NCBI RefSeq assembly: GCF_002105155.1
Contig: NW_019028980.1
Span: 992,001-1,056,000, forward strand
DNA from: Lobosporangium transversale
Lineage: Eukaryota
Length of the DNA: 64,000 bases
Reading direction: 5' to 3'
The notes below the pieces were generated by a model. That model worked only from the letters and a program-made list of their open reading frames with translations, was not told the origin of the DNA and searched no databases. The translations under genes and the position numbers were made by a program. Positions within the stretch are counted from its first letter, which is position 1; every line of letters begins with the position of its first letter. This document shows positions 11,826 to 24,692 of this stretch, one piece after another.

Positions 11826-14800
11826 CAGTCATGAAAAAATGTGTATTGCTGACCTCTCAGTTTTTCCTTTTTGTCCCGACCCTTAGGTTGGCATTTATAT
11901 AAATATACAGTTAAGTCCTTTGTTGAATACATAATGTATTGAAATTCTTTACTTTACGGTGTACAACGTTTATCAATGTCTATAAGGTTGGATGGGATGG
12001 GAAATATATACATTCTGGATGAGTACATGTCCCTATTTGACTGGTAAGCAGTCGATTTAGTCACCAGTGAATACGATAGAGTATATATATATATAAATGA
12101 ACAAGGTAGAACAAAAAGGAATAGCTAATTGGTAACTTGCATTGTTAAAGTTAAAAATTACGTTTAAAAATGATTCGCGATTGGTTGCGCAGATGAGGAG
12201 GATTTATAAAATAGGAGAAAGACCCCTTGTGGCGAAGTTGGCGTCAAAAAAACAACAAAAAAAGATGGGCTTTTTTTCTCTTCTGTGTCTAGTCTTGACC
12301 TTTGTCTTCAAAGTGTGTCTGTATTTGTATACCATTTCATCAAGGTTGAATCCAAGTCAAATAAATAAAGTTCTTTTGAAAGTGTGATTGGTCAATGATT
12401 GTTACGATCATTTCCAGTATGAGAAAATCCCGAATGACGCTCACCCTCATTCAGGACCAAAGGATTTTCCAATTTTTTTTTTTTTTTTTTTTTTTTTTGC
12501 TGATGTGAAGTTCATTTTTTTTATTTCTTTACTAAATACTAGACTGCCGATGTTAACTAAAATAAAATAAAATAAAATAAAATAAAATAAAAAAAAATAA
12601 AAAAAAAAGAACAGTTTTATGAGCTCTTGCAAAGGCAACTTCGCGCATGGGCATGCACTAAGATCTTGCATGCATTTTCCTTTCTCTTAATGTACCTCAT
12701 ATGATTAGAACACCATGCTTAAGAAGAAAAAAAGAAAAAAAAAAGGTAGAGAAGATAACCCTCTTTCGAAACCATTTGAAACTAGTTGCCGAAACAAAAC
12801 GCCAACAGCAAGGACTTCCGCCGATCACCTCATCATTTATTTTTATTTTAAAGTTGAATGCAAAGAAAAAAGCTGGGGAGAAATAGAAAGCAAAAGTTTG
12901 GTGGTATCCATATGTATCAGGCTCTGGATGTCTCGATTGGTAAAAAAAAAAAGTTCAAATGAATATCGTCATCAATAACGTGGTGAAATATTTGCTCGGA
13001 GCAGGGAAATTGACATGTATGCAATACCGATCTCGACTGCAACAAAGGATAGGACTAAAATATGTATATTATATATTTATATACTTTGGTGTAATATATT
13101 TTGTACAAATTTTATTGTTTGATTTGCCGATCTTCCCATCGAGTCATTTTGAAATCGATAGCAAGCTAATGCCAACATTACATGGACAGACTCGTCTTTT
13201 TTTTTTTTACGAACTAATGGTGGTCAAAGTTTTTGGTGCGATATGATTTTGGGCTATGCTGCATATCAGTAATTAACAGACAAACGCAAATATTAAAGTA
13301 CAATCGCAGATATATACTTGACGTTTGCAAAGACATTTACAAAAAATACATGTTCACTTGTTGTATCACCAGAGTATTCCTTATTTCGTTTTTACAATCT
13401 GATCTCAGGCAGTAACCTGCAGTGATGAAAAGCGGACATAATCGTTCCAGAACGACTTGTTCTTGTTATCCAATTTGAGAAAAAAGATAAGGTCGTTTAC
13501 AGTGGGGCTAATGAGATGTTAATTTGAAATGTGGAAATGATTTTTTTTTTCCCCCCTATTCACTAACCTGAATTAATATATCCAGTGTAAACATGCAAAC
13601 ATTCACGTATGCGTACTTTATTGGAGAACAAGGGGGTCTCTTCAGCACTGTTGGCCGCCGCGCGTTTTTTTTTTTTGTGGCCCTTTAATTCTTTTAATTT
13701 TAATTATATATATTCATGTAGCCTATTATATATAAATGAATAGATATTGTAAAAACAAATATATATATTTATATATATATATGTATTTGATTCATTCGTA
13801 TATAACTCTTTATTCTATTTTCCGAGTCTCTCCGGTATATTAGTGAAAGGATCCATACTGCAATTTTTTCTCCATGAAAATGACAATGACATGGAATCAC
13901 TTTCTCTCTATCTCTCTTTATACCTAACAAACGTCTATCCATCGACGTACACAAAGAAAAAAGCAAAATAAAAAAGAAGAAAGTATGCTTGAATAAGAAA
14001 CAGAACGAAGCTTATCGTTGTCGTAATTGTTTGGTTAAACCTTTCTTTTGACCATCTCAACTTGCATGTTTGTTTTTTATTTTATTATTTTTATTCAATT
14101 GTGGTTCTTGAGAACAGCTTTGAGTCAAGCAAAAAAAAAAAAAAAAAAAAAAAGAAAAAGAAAAAACTCCCAAAAGCCTAATATAGAGTATAAGAATATA
14201 TATATATATACATATATATTTATATTTTAATAGGAGAACTATCAATTGTTACCAATCATGTCAGTATTCAAAGTTGTGGACTCGTTTGCCATTTGTCATT
14301 AGGGCTGGCCATATGATCATATGCTCCAAGGTTTGTTTCTGGATCAAGAAAAAATGGTGGCGTCTTGAATAAGAAAAAAAGAGAGTTAAAGCTTGTATGA
14401 GGAAGCTAAAAAAAAAGGTTGCTCGACGCCGATCACTCTTAATGCTCTCGGTCATCCCGCTCTGATGCTTGCTGAGCGCAACATTTTCTCTTCAGGTTGC
14501 GGTCCAGATTTACATAACGTGGGGTCATTTGGACGGTAGACACGAGAAAGCCAACCTTTTCCTTGTCAATCAAATTATATATATACAATAGACATCAATA
14601 TATATACATGTATATATAATTACTTGTTTACTTTATTTTTTTTTATTTTTTTTATTTTTTTTTCCACAGCAAACTAACGACACTGAGAACCGGGCCCTTC
14701 TTTATATGGCCCATGACGCTATTTATATGACATGACCCAGGCAGGCAGAGCAATAACCAGTTGAATTGCACCAAATGAATGAATGCCTTTGAGTGGTTCG

Positions 14801-17041
14801 AACTAGTTTGACTATCAACCACGCTTTTTTTTTTTTTTTTTTTTTTTCTGAATAAACACACTTAATAATTTTATCCGGAGCTGATTGTTCTACGCCTTGC
14901 CACGGCCCAAAGGTTAAACAAGCTGTCGTACCATGGTTTGAATCAGATTTTTTTCTTTTCCAATTATACTTAATCTGAATATGCGGCTTTTTGCATGTCA
15001 ACTTGCCATATTCAGACATGTGCAATTTTTTTTTTTTTTTTTTTTTTTTTTTGCCTGTTGCACTCGCATGGTCTTTTCCTTTTGTTGTTTTCCGTGTTCG
15101 CAACTTCATTTGGTTCTATTCCCGCTTCCACTAGGATCAGGGTAACTTTTTTTTTATCATTGAGTTCTCCTTTATGCTTCACTCCTTAGCTGTACACTTT
15201 TTTTTTTTTTTTTTTTTTGTGTTTTACATCTTCACCTTTATACAAAATACATATACGATTCACGGCAGCAAACAACATGGATGAAGGAGAGACATTGTAA
15301 AATAATGTCAAAGACATGAAAATACAGATCTACGAATATATAAAAAAAAAAAAGTCTAGGCCTATACTTTAATTGAGCAATTTGCTTTCTACTTTTTATT
15401 ATTATTTTTTTTCCTTCGCCACCAAGGGCACAAATCTTATTATATTTTTTTGTAATACAAACATGTCGTTCTTTGAACAGTGATCAATGGGAATAAAAGA
15501 AGAGGGAGGGCTATTCACAAGTTTTTCTCCTTCCTTCCAATCTCCCAATCTCACATCCAAAAAATTCTATCGGTTTTTTCCATTTCACCCTTTTTTTTTT
15601 TTTTTTTTTTTTTATATCGACATTTTCTGAAAGAGTAAGAAAATAAGAATTATAGATCCATTATTATATCCAAATGTCTGCAGGATAGTGCATGTCAATG
15701 CATACAGGGAAGCAGCTGGTGAGGCTAACACAAGCCTTTGAGGGGATGAGGATAGATATATATGAATACGTTTATTCATCGAAATATATCTATTCAGTTC
15801 CATTACAAAAAAAAAAAAAAAAAAAAAAAAAACTGCATTATACATGTATGTTTTCGGCCCATTGTTTGACCGCAATCCGTGCTTACATACTCAGGCTTGT
15901 GGGCCCCAAAGCGTTAAACATTCACTTGGTAATTTAGGTCTGCGGATCAAAATTTATAGCCTTTCCACACTCATGACCTTCAACCCGGAGTATATGTTTT
16001 TCTTTTTTTGATATGAAGAGGACCCTTCGGGGTATGGAGCATATTTTCTATACTCTTTGGACTGTGGGCAAAACGCCCCAGACACATATCTGATAAGCAG
16101 CTATTTCTGCGCAAACAGCTAAGCTGTATCCATGGATTTCATAAACCCTGGTTGCCGTCGTTGATACTCAAAATCCGTGGTCTTCAATCTTCAAAATATA
16201 TCAAGATGTTTTTTTTTTTTTTTTTTTTTTCTTATTTGGTCACGATCGGATATTTTTCTTTCTTTTCTTTTCTATTTTTTTTTTTTTTTTTTTTTTTTGT
16301 ATAATCTTTCAAATGTATTGTCAAGGACGGCGAAGTACACGTATAAAGGTAAATCCCGCTACCTATTAAAGCAATCCAATCGTCTTTGTTTTTTAATATT
16401 ATATATTTAAATATGACTTCGTTACCGAAAGAAATGGACGTCTGTTTGTCTGTCCATCTGTTGTTGTTGTTGCTGCTTTTTTTGTCTTCCCCAAACCTTT
16501 TTTTTTTCCTCCAACCTCGGTAACTTACCCTTAGTGCGCTATTGTTTTACATGTGGGTTGCTTCCTTAGGGGAAGGGACCCTTGAAGTAAGACAGTTTAT
16601 GATACATTTTGTCTATCAAAATGAAGTTGAAATTGACTCCATCCTTTAGAGCGTTGTGTTACGATATTTCATCAAACAATTGTCAAATAGTCTCTCAGAT
16701 TTTTACTCTTCCATCTCTTTCTTATTGGGTATAATTGTTCCATCTTTCTATCGCCGCTCGCTCGTTACTGTTGTATAATATATACTTTTTATTCTTCTCT
16801 TTGTCTGCTACATTAACACCTCCTATTGATTATTAGAATTAGATTAGGGACTAATAGTATATATCTATATTATTGATATTTGATAAGAAAGGCTTTTTTT
16901 GTGTTTTCTTTTTTTTTTTGTCTCTGAAAGTTCGCACGCCCCATGCAAACTGTTTACGCTGATATGGGTTGTGGTCCTTCAATTTTCTATCACGGATTCT
17001 CTATCCATTTTTTTTTTTATTGGATCAGTCCGGTCTCTTTT

Positions 17042-17590
17042 TCAGAGAATCACGCACTTTGCCTTTTTTCTCTTTCGATCACGATCTTTAACCCCTTGCT
17101 TCCGTTGTTGAATCTGCCTCATCAAAAGCGTGTAAACTTCATCCACATTTTGCCTCGTCTTGGCTGATGTCTCAATATACCGACAGTTCCACTCTGCAGC
17201 TCTAGCGGCTGCTTCCTGTGGATCGACTTTTCGAAGCTGACCCAAATCAGCCTTGTTGCCAACTAAGATAATAGGGATCTAATAGCAAATACGAAAAAAA
17301 AAAAAATCAGGTTACTTTTTCAAGGTCCCTTTTTTTTTTTTTTTTTTTTTTTTTCGCACCCCTCTTTAGATGTCTATTTATATTTCAGACTCTTCACTCC
17401 CCCATCCCCTTGCCAACCCTTATTTTTGCTTTTGTTTTTTTTTTTTTTACCTTGTCATCATCTAGGACGCGAATGATTTGATCCTTGAATTCTTGTGTAT
17501 GTAAGAAGGATTCATATTCACATATCGAAAACACGCAGAGAAAACCTTCGCCGGATCGATAGTAATTATCACGGATCTGGTAGAGTGAAA

Positions 17591-17621
<31 letters not shown>

Positions 17622-18218
17622 GATATCAGCATATTTTGTTTTATTTGTATTAGCGTGGAAATTTTTGAGCAATTGTGCCAAAGACGCAGTCACGACGCGC
17701 TTTAGTGAGGGGAAGGTTCAGGTAATGTTTTTTTTATCTTGGGCGAAATATGAAGAAATACATGGCTGTATGTACCTACATAATCTACACGCATAATATA
17801 ATAATTATGATGATGATTACGCGCATGTAGTGATGTAGTAGGCTCCCAGCCATTAATGAGAGGATAAAAAAAAAGAAAAAAATACAAGAAAAGTAGGATG
17901 GATGTGGATATAGAAAAAGATGAAGAAGGTGCAGCGAATGGAGAGAGAGAAAGAGAGAGAGAGGAAGAAGAGGAGTTGGCACTATATTTCACTTACAGCA
18001 GCGTATTCTTCCTGACCAGCTGTATCCAAAATGTCGATTTGACAGGGTTGGTTGTCAAGATTGATCTTCTTCCTGTAAGAATCCGCTTTGGTTGGGTCAT
18101 ATTCTTCTACAAAGTCGCCATACATGTATTGCAATGTCAGAGCAGACTTTCCAACGCCTCCAGATCCGACCATGATCACCTTGTGCAAAGGGACTTCCTG
18201 TTTTGCTTTCTTTCCCAT
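17042..18218 (-). CDS. RAL: Ral-type Ras-family small GTPase, 194 aa; exons 18218-17997, 17576-17451, 17278-17042
   Basis: [20 protein letters not shown], effector region [46 protein letters not shown], polybasic tail and CAAX CVIL. Two phase-0 GT-AG introns. Confidence 0.92.
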
Positions 18219-21200
18219 GATGTGTTATTTATAAATGTAGTTTGACGAAAAAGTGAAAAGGGAAGAGAAAGGGAGAGGAGATGGATGTGTATGTGGATTG
18301 TGTATGAATATTGATTTGGAGATAGGTGAGGTGCGGTTCCTGAATGTCAAAAACTTGTTTGTCCTACAATGAGGCTGCAGACCACAAACAAAGTTGAGCT
18401 GAATGAGAAAGATGAACGAGTGATTGGGATGGAAAGAAGAATGGAAAGAGAGGGAGAGAGAGAGAGACAGAAAGAGGAAAGAGGAAGGGAGAAAGGAGAT
18501 GTGAACCCAATAGAAGGATAACGAATAACAAAAAGAACACTGCCAGGTACATCCTTTCTACTCCTTTATTATTATTTTTTTTTTTTTTACTTACCTCTCT
18601 ATCTGTCTCGGACAGGTGCGGCTCGAGGATGTATTGGTTTTTCTTTGTTGCGTGTTTTTTATTATTATTATTATTGAGAGCTTAATGAGCTGAATGAGAA
18701 AAACTGAGCTCCATTCCATCACATGACCCCATTTAAAAAAAAAAGATGTCAGGCCACGCCAGGTTCATGCCCGGAACCGATGAGCAAACTCTTGTCTCCA
18801 TCATCCTCATATGATGGCTCCGTCTTTTATTATCATCGATGTTATGTTTATTTTAGCAATGTTGGGGTGGATAGTATTCGCAAAGGAAAAAGGCAAGCTC
18901 GCCTTACATGTACAATGTATATTCAAGAAGCGTGAGCATATTGAGTTCTGTGTAGGATTAATGTAGGATGATTAAAATAGAACTGCACGATTGTTGGATT
19001 GTTGAACAGAAACCTTTTCATCGTTATCCAACAGAAGCTAGATTTAGCCCTTGAGAAGTTGGATCTCATACCTGAAGGGTTATCATCCAAACCTAATGAT
19101 GATCCTTCCTTCTTCATTCGCCTTCAATATTTGCGCGAATGATGGAAACAGGGTTGCCAGTTTGTTGTTTTATGATTGATTATATAAAAATACACGCGAG
19201 CTTTTGCAACGCGTCAGAAGATCCTAAAAACCACAGCCTGGCTTGGTCATAAAAAATAAATAAATCTCCGTTTCTCCTAATCGTACATGACAGGTGTTTA
19301 ACGAATTGCTTTTTTCAGCTTTGCGTGCTCAGTCCATTCGCACATGTTTGTACATGTTTGTCATTAATGGTCTATATGTCGCATGTAGCAATGGAGCATG
19401 CATAACCTTCAGAAGGTTTGTAGTTTGTTTTTCTAAAAAAAAAAAGACAATGCATCTCCCAGATTGTTATCTATTTTGCCTTTGGATCTTGTCTTCATCT
19501 TTGAACATGTTCAAAATGCATGGATCGGTTAGGGGTTGGTTGGGGGGTATGGTAGGGGAACCGTAGCAAGAAACCTTTAAACTTTCGAGCCCATGCAAAA
19601 ACATAGACACATCAAGCATATCAATATGAATAGAGTATCTCTTTTGGCTTTTTCTGGACAAACTTTTTTTTTTTTTTAGCCCATTCTTGAAAAAACCTCC
19701 TTCCCTTCCATCAGCAAAGTTTACTACCAATAACATCTGTTCTCAAAACAAGACAGCTACAATAAGAACTGTCCTGCCTACTAATACACAGGAACGTCGT
19801 TGTAAACTATAAGACAATTAATCTATGTGCTACACCCGGGGCCTAGTTGCCTTATCCTTGTACTGTACATATAAAGCTGCTCTCAGAATAAAGTATGCTA
19901 TGAATAAAACAGAGCAACCTGGTCTTGGTCTATTGGCTCAACTCAAATAATAAAAATGTTACAAGGAGTCAAACTAATAAAATATATAATAATGTGGCTA
20001 ATAATCAACTGCGATCCACACTCCACGCGAAACCTTCTCAGGTTATAATCCTTCAAATGTGGTAATAACCAATGTTGTCCTCTTTAAGGCACCAGACATA
20101 GTGCCTATGGTCATGTATACCACCCCATTTTGATGACATGGTCCCTTTATTTAGACCAGTAACTTGTGCATTAATTGTTCGTCCTTGCACCGGTAGCACG
20201 TAAAAGATGTAAGAACTTTCATCAGCGTAGACTCGGGGTCTACAGATATCCTTTTAGCTGGGTCTAATAGTGAAGTAGAATACAGTCTGTGGGGTATTTC
20301 GCTTAAAGCAAATCGAATCACAATAGGGACTGTGTGTTTAGTCTACGCAAGCTTATTTCTCAAAAAAAAGAAAAAACTCACCTTGGATAATCTGCGGCAT
20401 GCTTATCTGCCACTTCGGATGACAATGTACCAAAGCGGTCTCTAAGAGAGCAGCTGAAGATCATTTGGTTGCCACACCATCTGTATGTAGTTTCCGAGAG
20501 AATGATGTGTAAAAAATATTATTGGTGAACATCTATACTTTCTGTTTTCGATTTTCTATTCCACCGCGGCACATGGTAGCACGGACGAATCAATGCATCT
20601 TAAATCGTATAGACTACGCCTCATATCTACAACTGCTTTGAGTGGGCATTGCCTTATAGCGAGAGGATATCGAAGGACATTTTATGACTGATCATCTATC
20701 ATAAGATGACTATTTGCTAGCTATTACTGTTATGTAAGTAGTCTCAAAACCATCTTTCAAAACTTCTTTATAGTAGCCCATGGAGATGTCGCTAAATTCT
20801 GTATACCTTTGGCTCGATATAGGACCCTGATTCTCTTGCTGCTTAAGGCAAAAGTATGTTCTTCCGCACTATGAGTGTAATCATTATTGATAGCTACTAC
20901 AGGCTTTGCGATCGCATCTTGATCGTAGCGGTAAAACGATGCTTTAGCGCTAAGTAAGTAAGACACTGATGTGGATAATGCTTTGCACCAATATTGAGTC
21001 TGTAGGTCCCTTTGTACCTCTTAAGAAGCAAGGGCTTCTTCGAAAATTCATGCTACGACTCATGTATCCGTTTCATACATGCTTGGGTCATTTGTCACTT
21101 TTATAAGCATTTTTTGTAGAAAAAAAAAAAAAAAAAAAAAAGACAAATAGGGATGTACTTCAGGATAGTTCAACTCGTGAATGTAAAAAGATGGAGTGTT

Positions 21201-21715
21201 GTGTATAGGTGTGGGGATTGAATGTCTGGAAAAAACGTTGAACTTGACCCAATGATGTTCACGAAAGAGCGTAAAAGATTAACTATGGCTCGATCGCAGT
21301 TGTGGCACGCGTGAGCTTGTGTCTTGTAACACAAGTCGGGATCAAAATCATGGTGGAATTCTAATGTATGGTTTACTTAATGAGTTCTTTGCGGGTGACT
21401 GAGGGTCCAAAGGATCTTTCTCTTTCTCCCTTTTTCATTGTGCATGAGAATGAGATACTACACATCTTCTTGGCCGTTGCTCAGACAATGCCATCGTGTA
21501 CAAGCCACCAACACATTGGTTGTGGGGCGAAGACAAAGGCCTTTCTGCATCAGGAATTTTTTTTTTTAGGTGTTCACGAACTACTTTCTTTTTCATCTCC
21601 GCCCTTGTCATCATTCAAAATCTTTTTACATCCTCCATCCGCCATCCACCATCATCCAGACTACATCTGATATTTCAGCTTCACTCCTGGAGAGCCCTGT
21701 TTAATATTGACTGAC

Positions 21716-23122
21716 ATGACGCCTCGTAGTCATCCACTTTTTAAATCAAGGCAGAAAATCCTTGTTGGCCTGGCGGTTGCTCTCGCAGCAGGGCTATTGC
21801 TCCTCGAACTTTATGCTCTTAACCAAGGCCGACAAGATCTGAAATATACAAACGAGGATCCAGTAGATTCAGAACAAGGACCACATCAGACGCCAGATTA
21901 CCTATCCAAAAATGAAGAAGAAGATCTTTACAATACCCCACCAGAAAAGATCGGAGGGAACGGTATCTGCAATAACCTGCCTGAGCCTCGCCATCCTCGT
22001 AAATTGTTGATTTCGCACAAAGACAAGGGCCAACCCATCAGAATTTTACGCTGGAGTTTCCTTCCATACTGGCGCGAGATCGATTGGAAGAAGGAGTCCC
22101 TGAAACTGTGTCCTTTCCCACATGAGCTTCAAATAGCCATTGATCGATACAAGGAAACCACTGTCAAAGACATGTCACTCTCCTGGGGCAAAGGATATGC
22201 GCCATGCTATCTCTGGGAAATTGACTATGATGATGCTGGCAGCTGTGAAACCGAGCAGCATGGCAAAATCGAATACACCATCACACATAATTACACGCAA
22301 TTCAGGACCGCTGATATCATCTGGATGAACAGTCTCTTTCCATTTTATACTTCTGAGGCGCCATGGTTTGATGCAAAATTGTTGCCCCCAAGGCTTGCGG
22401 ATCACAAATGGGTGTCCAACTTCCACTCAGAGTCCGTAGCCTACTATCCATTCGTGGCCTTGCCAGAGTACAATCAATTGTTTGATCTAACAGTAGGAAG
22501 TCCGCCCAGTATGATGGATGTTCCCATGCCAATGTACCCAATTTCACATGAGATGGCACTGGATCTAGCGAACGTGGAGCCATCTTACCCTTTTGACAGG
22601 AAACCAAGGGATTATATCGCATTCTTTGTTTCTAATTGTTGGTCAAAGAACAGCCGCGAAAGGCTTATGCAGGGCCTCATTGATGGAATCGGTGCTCATT
22701 CGTTTGGAAACTGCTTGCATAATAAGGACCTTAATAGCGAACCATCTGGCAAGAATCCGAACTGGGAGCAAAACAAAAAGGAGAAGTTGAAGGAGTACCC
22801 TTTTGTACTGGCAGCTGAGAATTCTAACTGTCTTGGATATGTTTCAGAAAAGATCTACGACGCTTTAGCAATTGGTGCTGTGCCCATCTATTTGGGTGCA
22901 GACGACATTAATGATTATGTACCTGAAGGAAGTTACATCAATGCGGCTGATTTCAAGGATACAAACGAGTTGGTCAAGTATATGAGGAATGTTGACAGAT
23001 CGCAGTTCTTCAGATGGAAGGCTGATGTCAAACAGGATGTTACCAAGTTTTGCAAAAAGTGTTTTGGCGATAAAAACAAGAAATTGGAGTGCAGTATCTT
23101 GGAGCGTATCGAATACGTTTAG
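21716..23122 (+). CDS. GT10-family alpha-1,3-fucosyltransferase, type II membrane protein, intronless
   Basis: N-terminal TM helix (ILVGLAVALAAGLLLL), FFVSNC, and the GT10 signature YPFVLAAENSNCLGYVSEKIYDALAIGAVPIYLG. First ATG at 21716. Confidence 0.9.
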   Translation: MTPRSHPLFKSRQKILVGLAVALAAGLLLLELYALNQGRQDLKYTNEDPVDSEQGPHQTPDYLSKNEEEDLYNTPPEKIGGNGICNNLPEPRHPRKLLISHKDKGQPIRILRWSFLPYWREIDWKKESLKLCPFPHELQIAIDRYKETTVKDMSLSWGKGYAPCYLWEIDYDDAGSCETEQHGKIEYTITHNYTQFRTADIIWMNSLFPFYTSEAPWFDAKLLPPRLADHKWVSNFHSESVAYYPFVALPEYNQLFDLTVGSPPSMMDVPMPMYPISHEMALDLANVEPSYPFDRKPRDYIAFFVSNCWSKNSRERLMQGLIDGIGAHSFGNCLHNKDLNSEPSGKNPNWEQNKKEKLKEYPFVLAAENSNCLGYVSEKIYDALAIGAVPIYLGADDINDYVPEGSYINAADFKDTNELVKYMRNVDRSQFFRWKADVKQDVTKFCKKCFGDKNKKLECSILERIEYV

Positions 23123-23605
23123 GAGAAAAGAGGGGGAAAGAAAAATAGATTAATAAATTAACATTTGATACTGTCATAAATGCGATAAATCATTGACATT
23201 TGAAAGTTGTGTTTTGATACTAAAAAAAAAAAAAAAAACCAGCTTTTTATGTCTCCAGAAACCTGCAAATTCAAAAATGTGTCCTGTGCGTAACTGCTGC
23301 GACAACGTGCCAAATCAAACCTGACCATTCACAATTGCTACATGCATGTCAACAAAGGGGGCAACAAGGGGAGGAGAAAAAGTGAAAGCGAGTACATATT
23401 TTGATTATATTCTGACTGACAACTAATCCAAATATAGTCTCATGCTTTTACCTTTAAAAATAAAAAAAGATTTATGAGCATTCGAATCCATTTTTTTTTT
23501 TTTTTTTTTTTTACATTTTTTTATTAAGAGAATAGATGAAGGATGCTAGGAAGTACATGATATAGTATGTAATATAAGTATACAGAAAGATGGTATTTTT
23601 TTTGT

Positions 23606-24692
23606 TTAGTTCTTGTACCATGCGCTCTCGGGGATTCCCAAGCAAGTACCAACGGTGACGACCTTGTAGCCCTTGCTAAGGGCATAGTCGACAGCCAGGG
23701 GTCCCACCTTCTTGGCGGTGAGCTCGTGGACATCGTGCTGAAGGAAAATATGACCAGGCTTCTTAAGCTCACTAGACTTTTTCAAGACAGTCTTGTAAAG
23801 ATCGAGACTCTTCTTATAGTCCTTGGTGTCTATTTTTTTTTAAACCATAGTAATGAATGATACTGTTAACATTGGTAATAAAGTGGTGATCATGGATCAA
23901 ACATAATAATAGTCGATCATGTTTTTTTTTTTTTTTTTTTTTTTTTCTGTATGTTACTTACGTTGCCAGTCGTTGGTATCCTGATCCCAGTTGATGACCT
24001 TGTAACCGAGGTTACCCAAGGTAGTCAAGGCCAAAGCGTTGGTGCTACCGTAGGGAGGACGCATGAATGTAGGAGCCTTGCCAATGATAGCTCTGAGGGC
24101 AACCTCGACTAATTTATTGAACGATTTTTTAAGTGATTATTAACCAGAGTCAGTACAGATTAAAAAAACACATGGTCCCATACACGAGTCTCACATATAA
24201 CAATATGGCTCTATTTTATGATCAATGAAAGGAAAACTTACGCTTAGTCATTTCTTGAATGATAGCAGCGCCCTTGAGCGTAGCCAAGTCCTGATGGGAC
24301 CAGGTGTGGGAGGCAATCTGGTGTCCATCAGCCAACATCTGCTTAAGGACTGATGAGTGTTGGGTAAGGGGACCAAAGTTCTCTCCGTTAATGAAGAAGG
24401 TGACCTTGGCATTCTTCTTGCGCAGATTGTCCAAGAGACCCTTGGTGTAGATGTGTGGACCGTCGTCAAAAGTGATGGCAACGGTGCCAGGGAGAGTGCA
24501 GCGGGTGATGACGGTCGCAGCGGGGGCGCGTTTGAAGAGGGCGTGACCTTCCTCACCTCCAACAGCAACAGGAGCTCCCATCAAAGCGGGTGCTGGGGCA
24601 TCAGCTGGAGCAGGTGCAAAAACAGGAGCGGCATTGACGAATGCGGAGCAAACGAGGGTTGCCACAAGAGCCAAACGGGTGATAGGGGCCAT
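23606..24692 (-). CDS. Secreted CE4/NodB polysaccharide (chitin) deacetylase, about 273 aa; exons 24692-24242, 24108-23962, 23829-23606
   Basis: Signal peptide plus the CE4 motifs TFDDGP, HTWSH, RPPYG, DTNDW and LQHD, assembled through two GTAAGT...AG introns. Confidence 0.93.

Noticed and set aside
13415..13575. C/D box snoRNA (GTGATGA ... CTGA)
   Set aside because: No terminal stem or recognisable rRNA guide. Such motifs are expected by chance.
6100..17000. Numerous 60-170 aa ORFs
   Set aside because: Dominated by poly-K/poly-F from homopolymer tracts, with no recognisable domains or consistent splice structure.
20380..20970. Possible degenerate coding exons on the minus strand
   Set aside because: Short open stretches with no recognisable homology.
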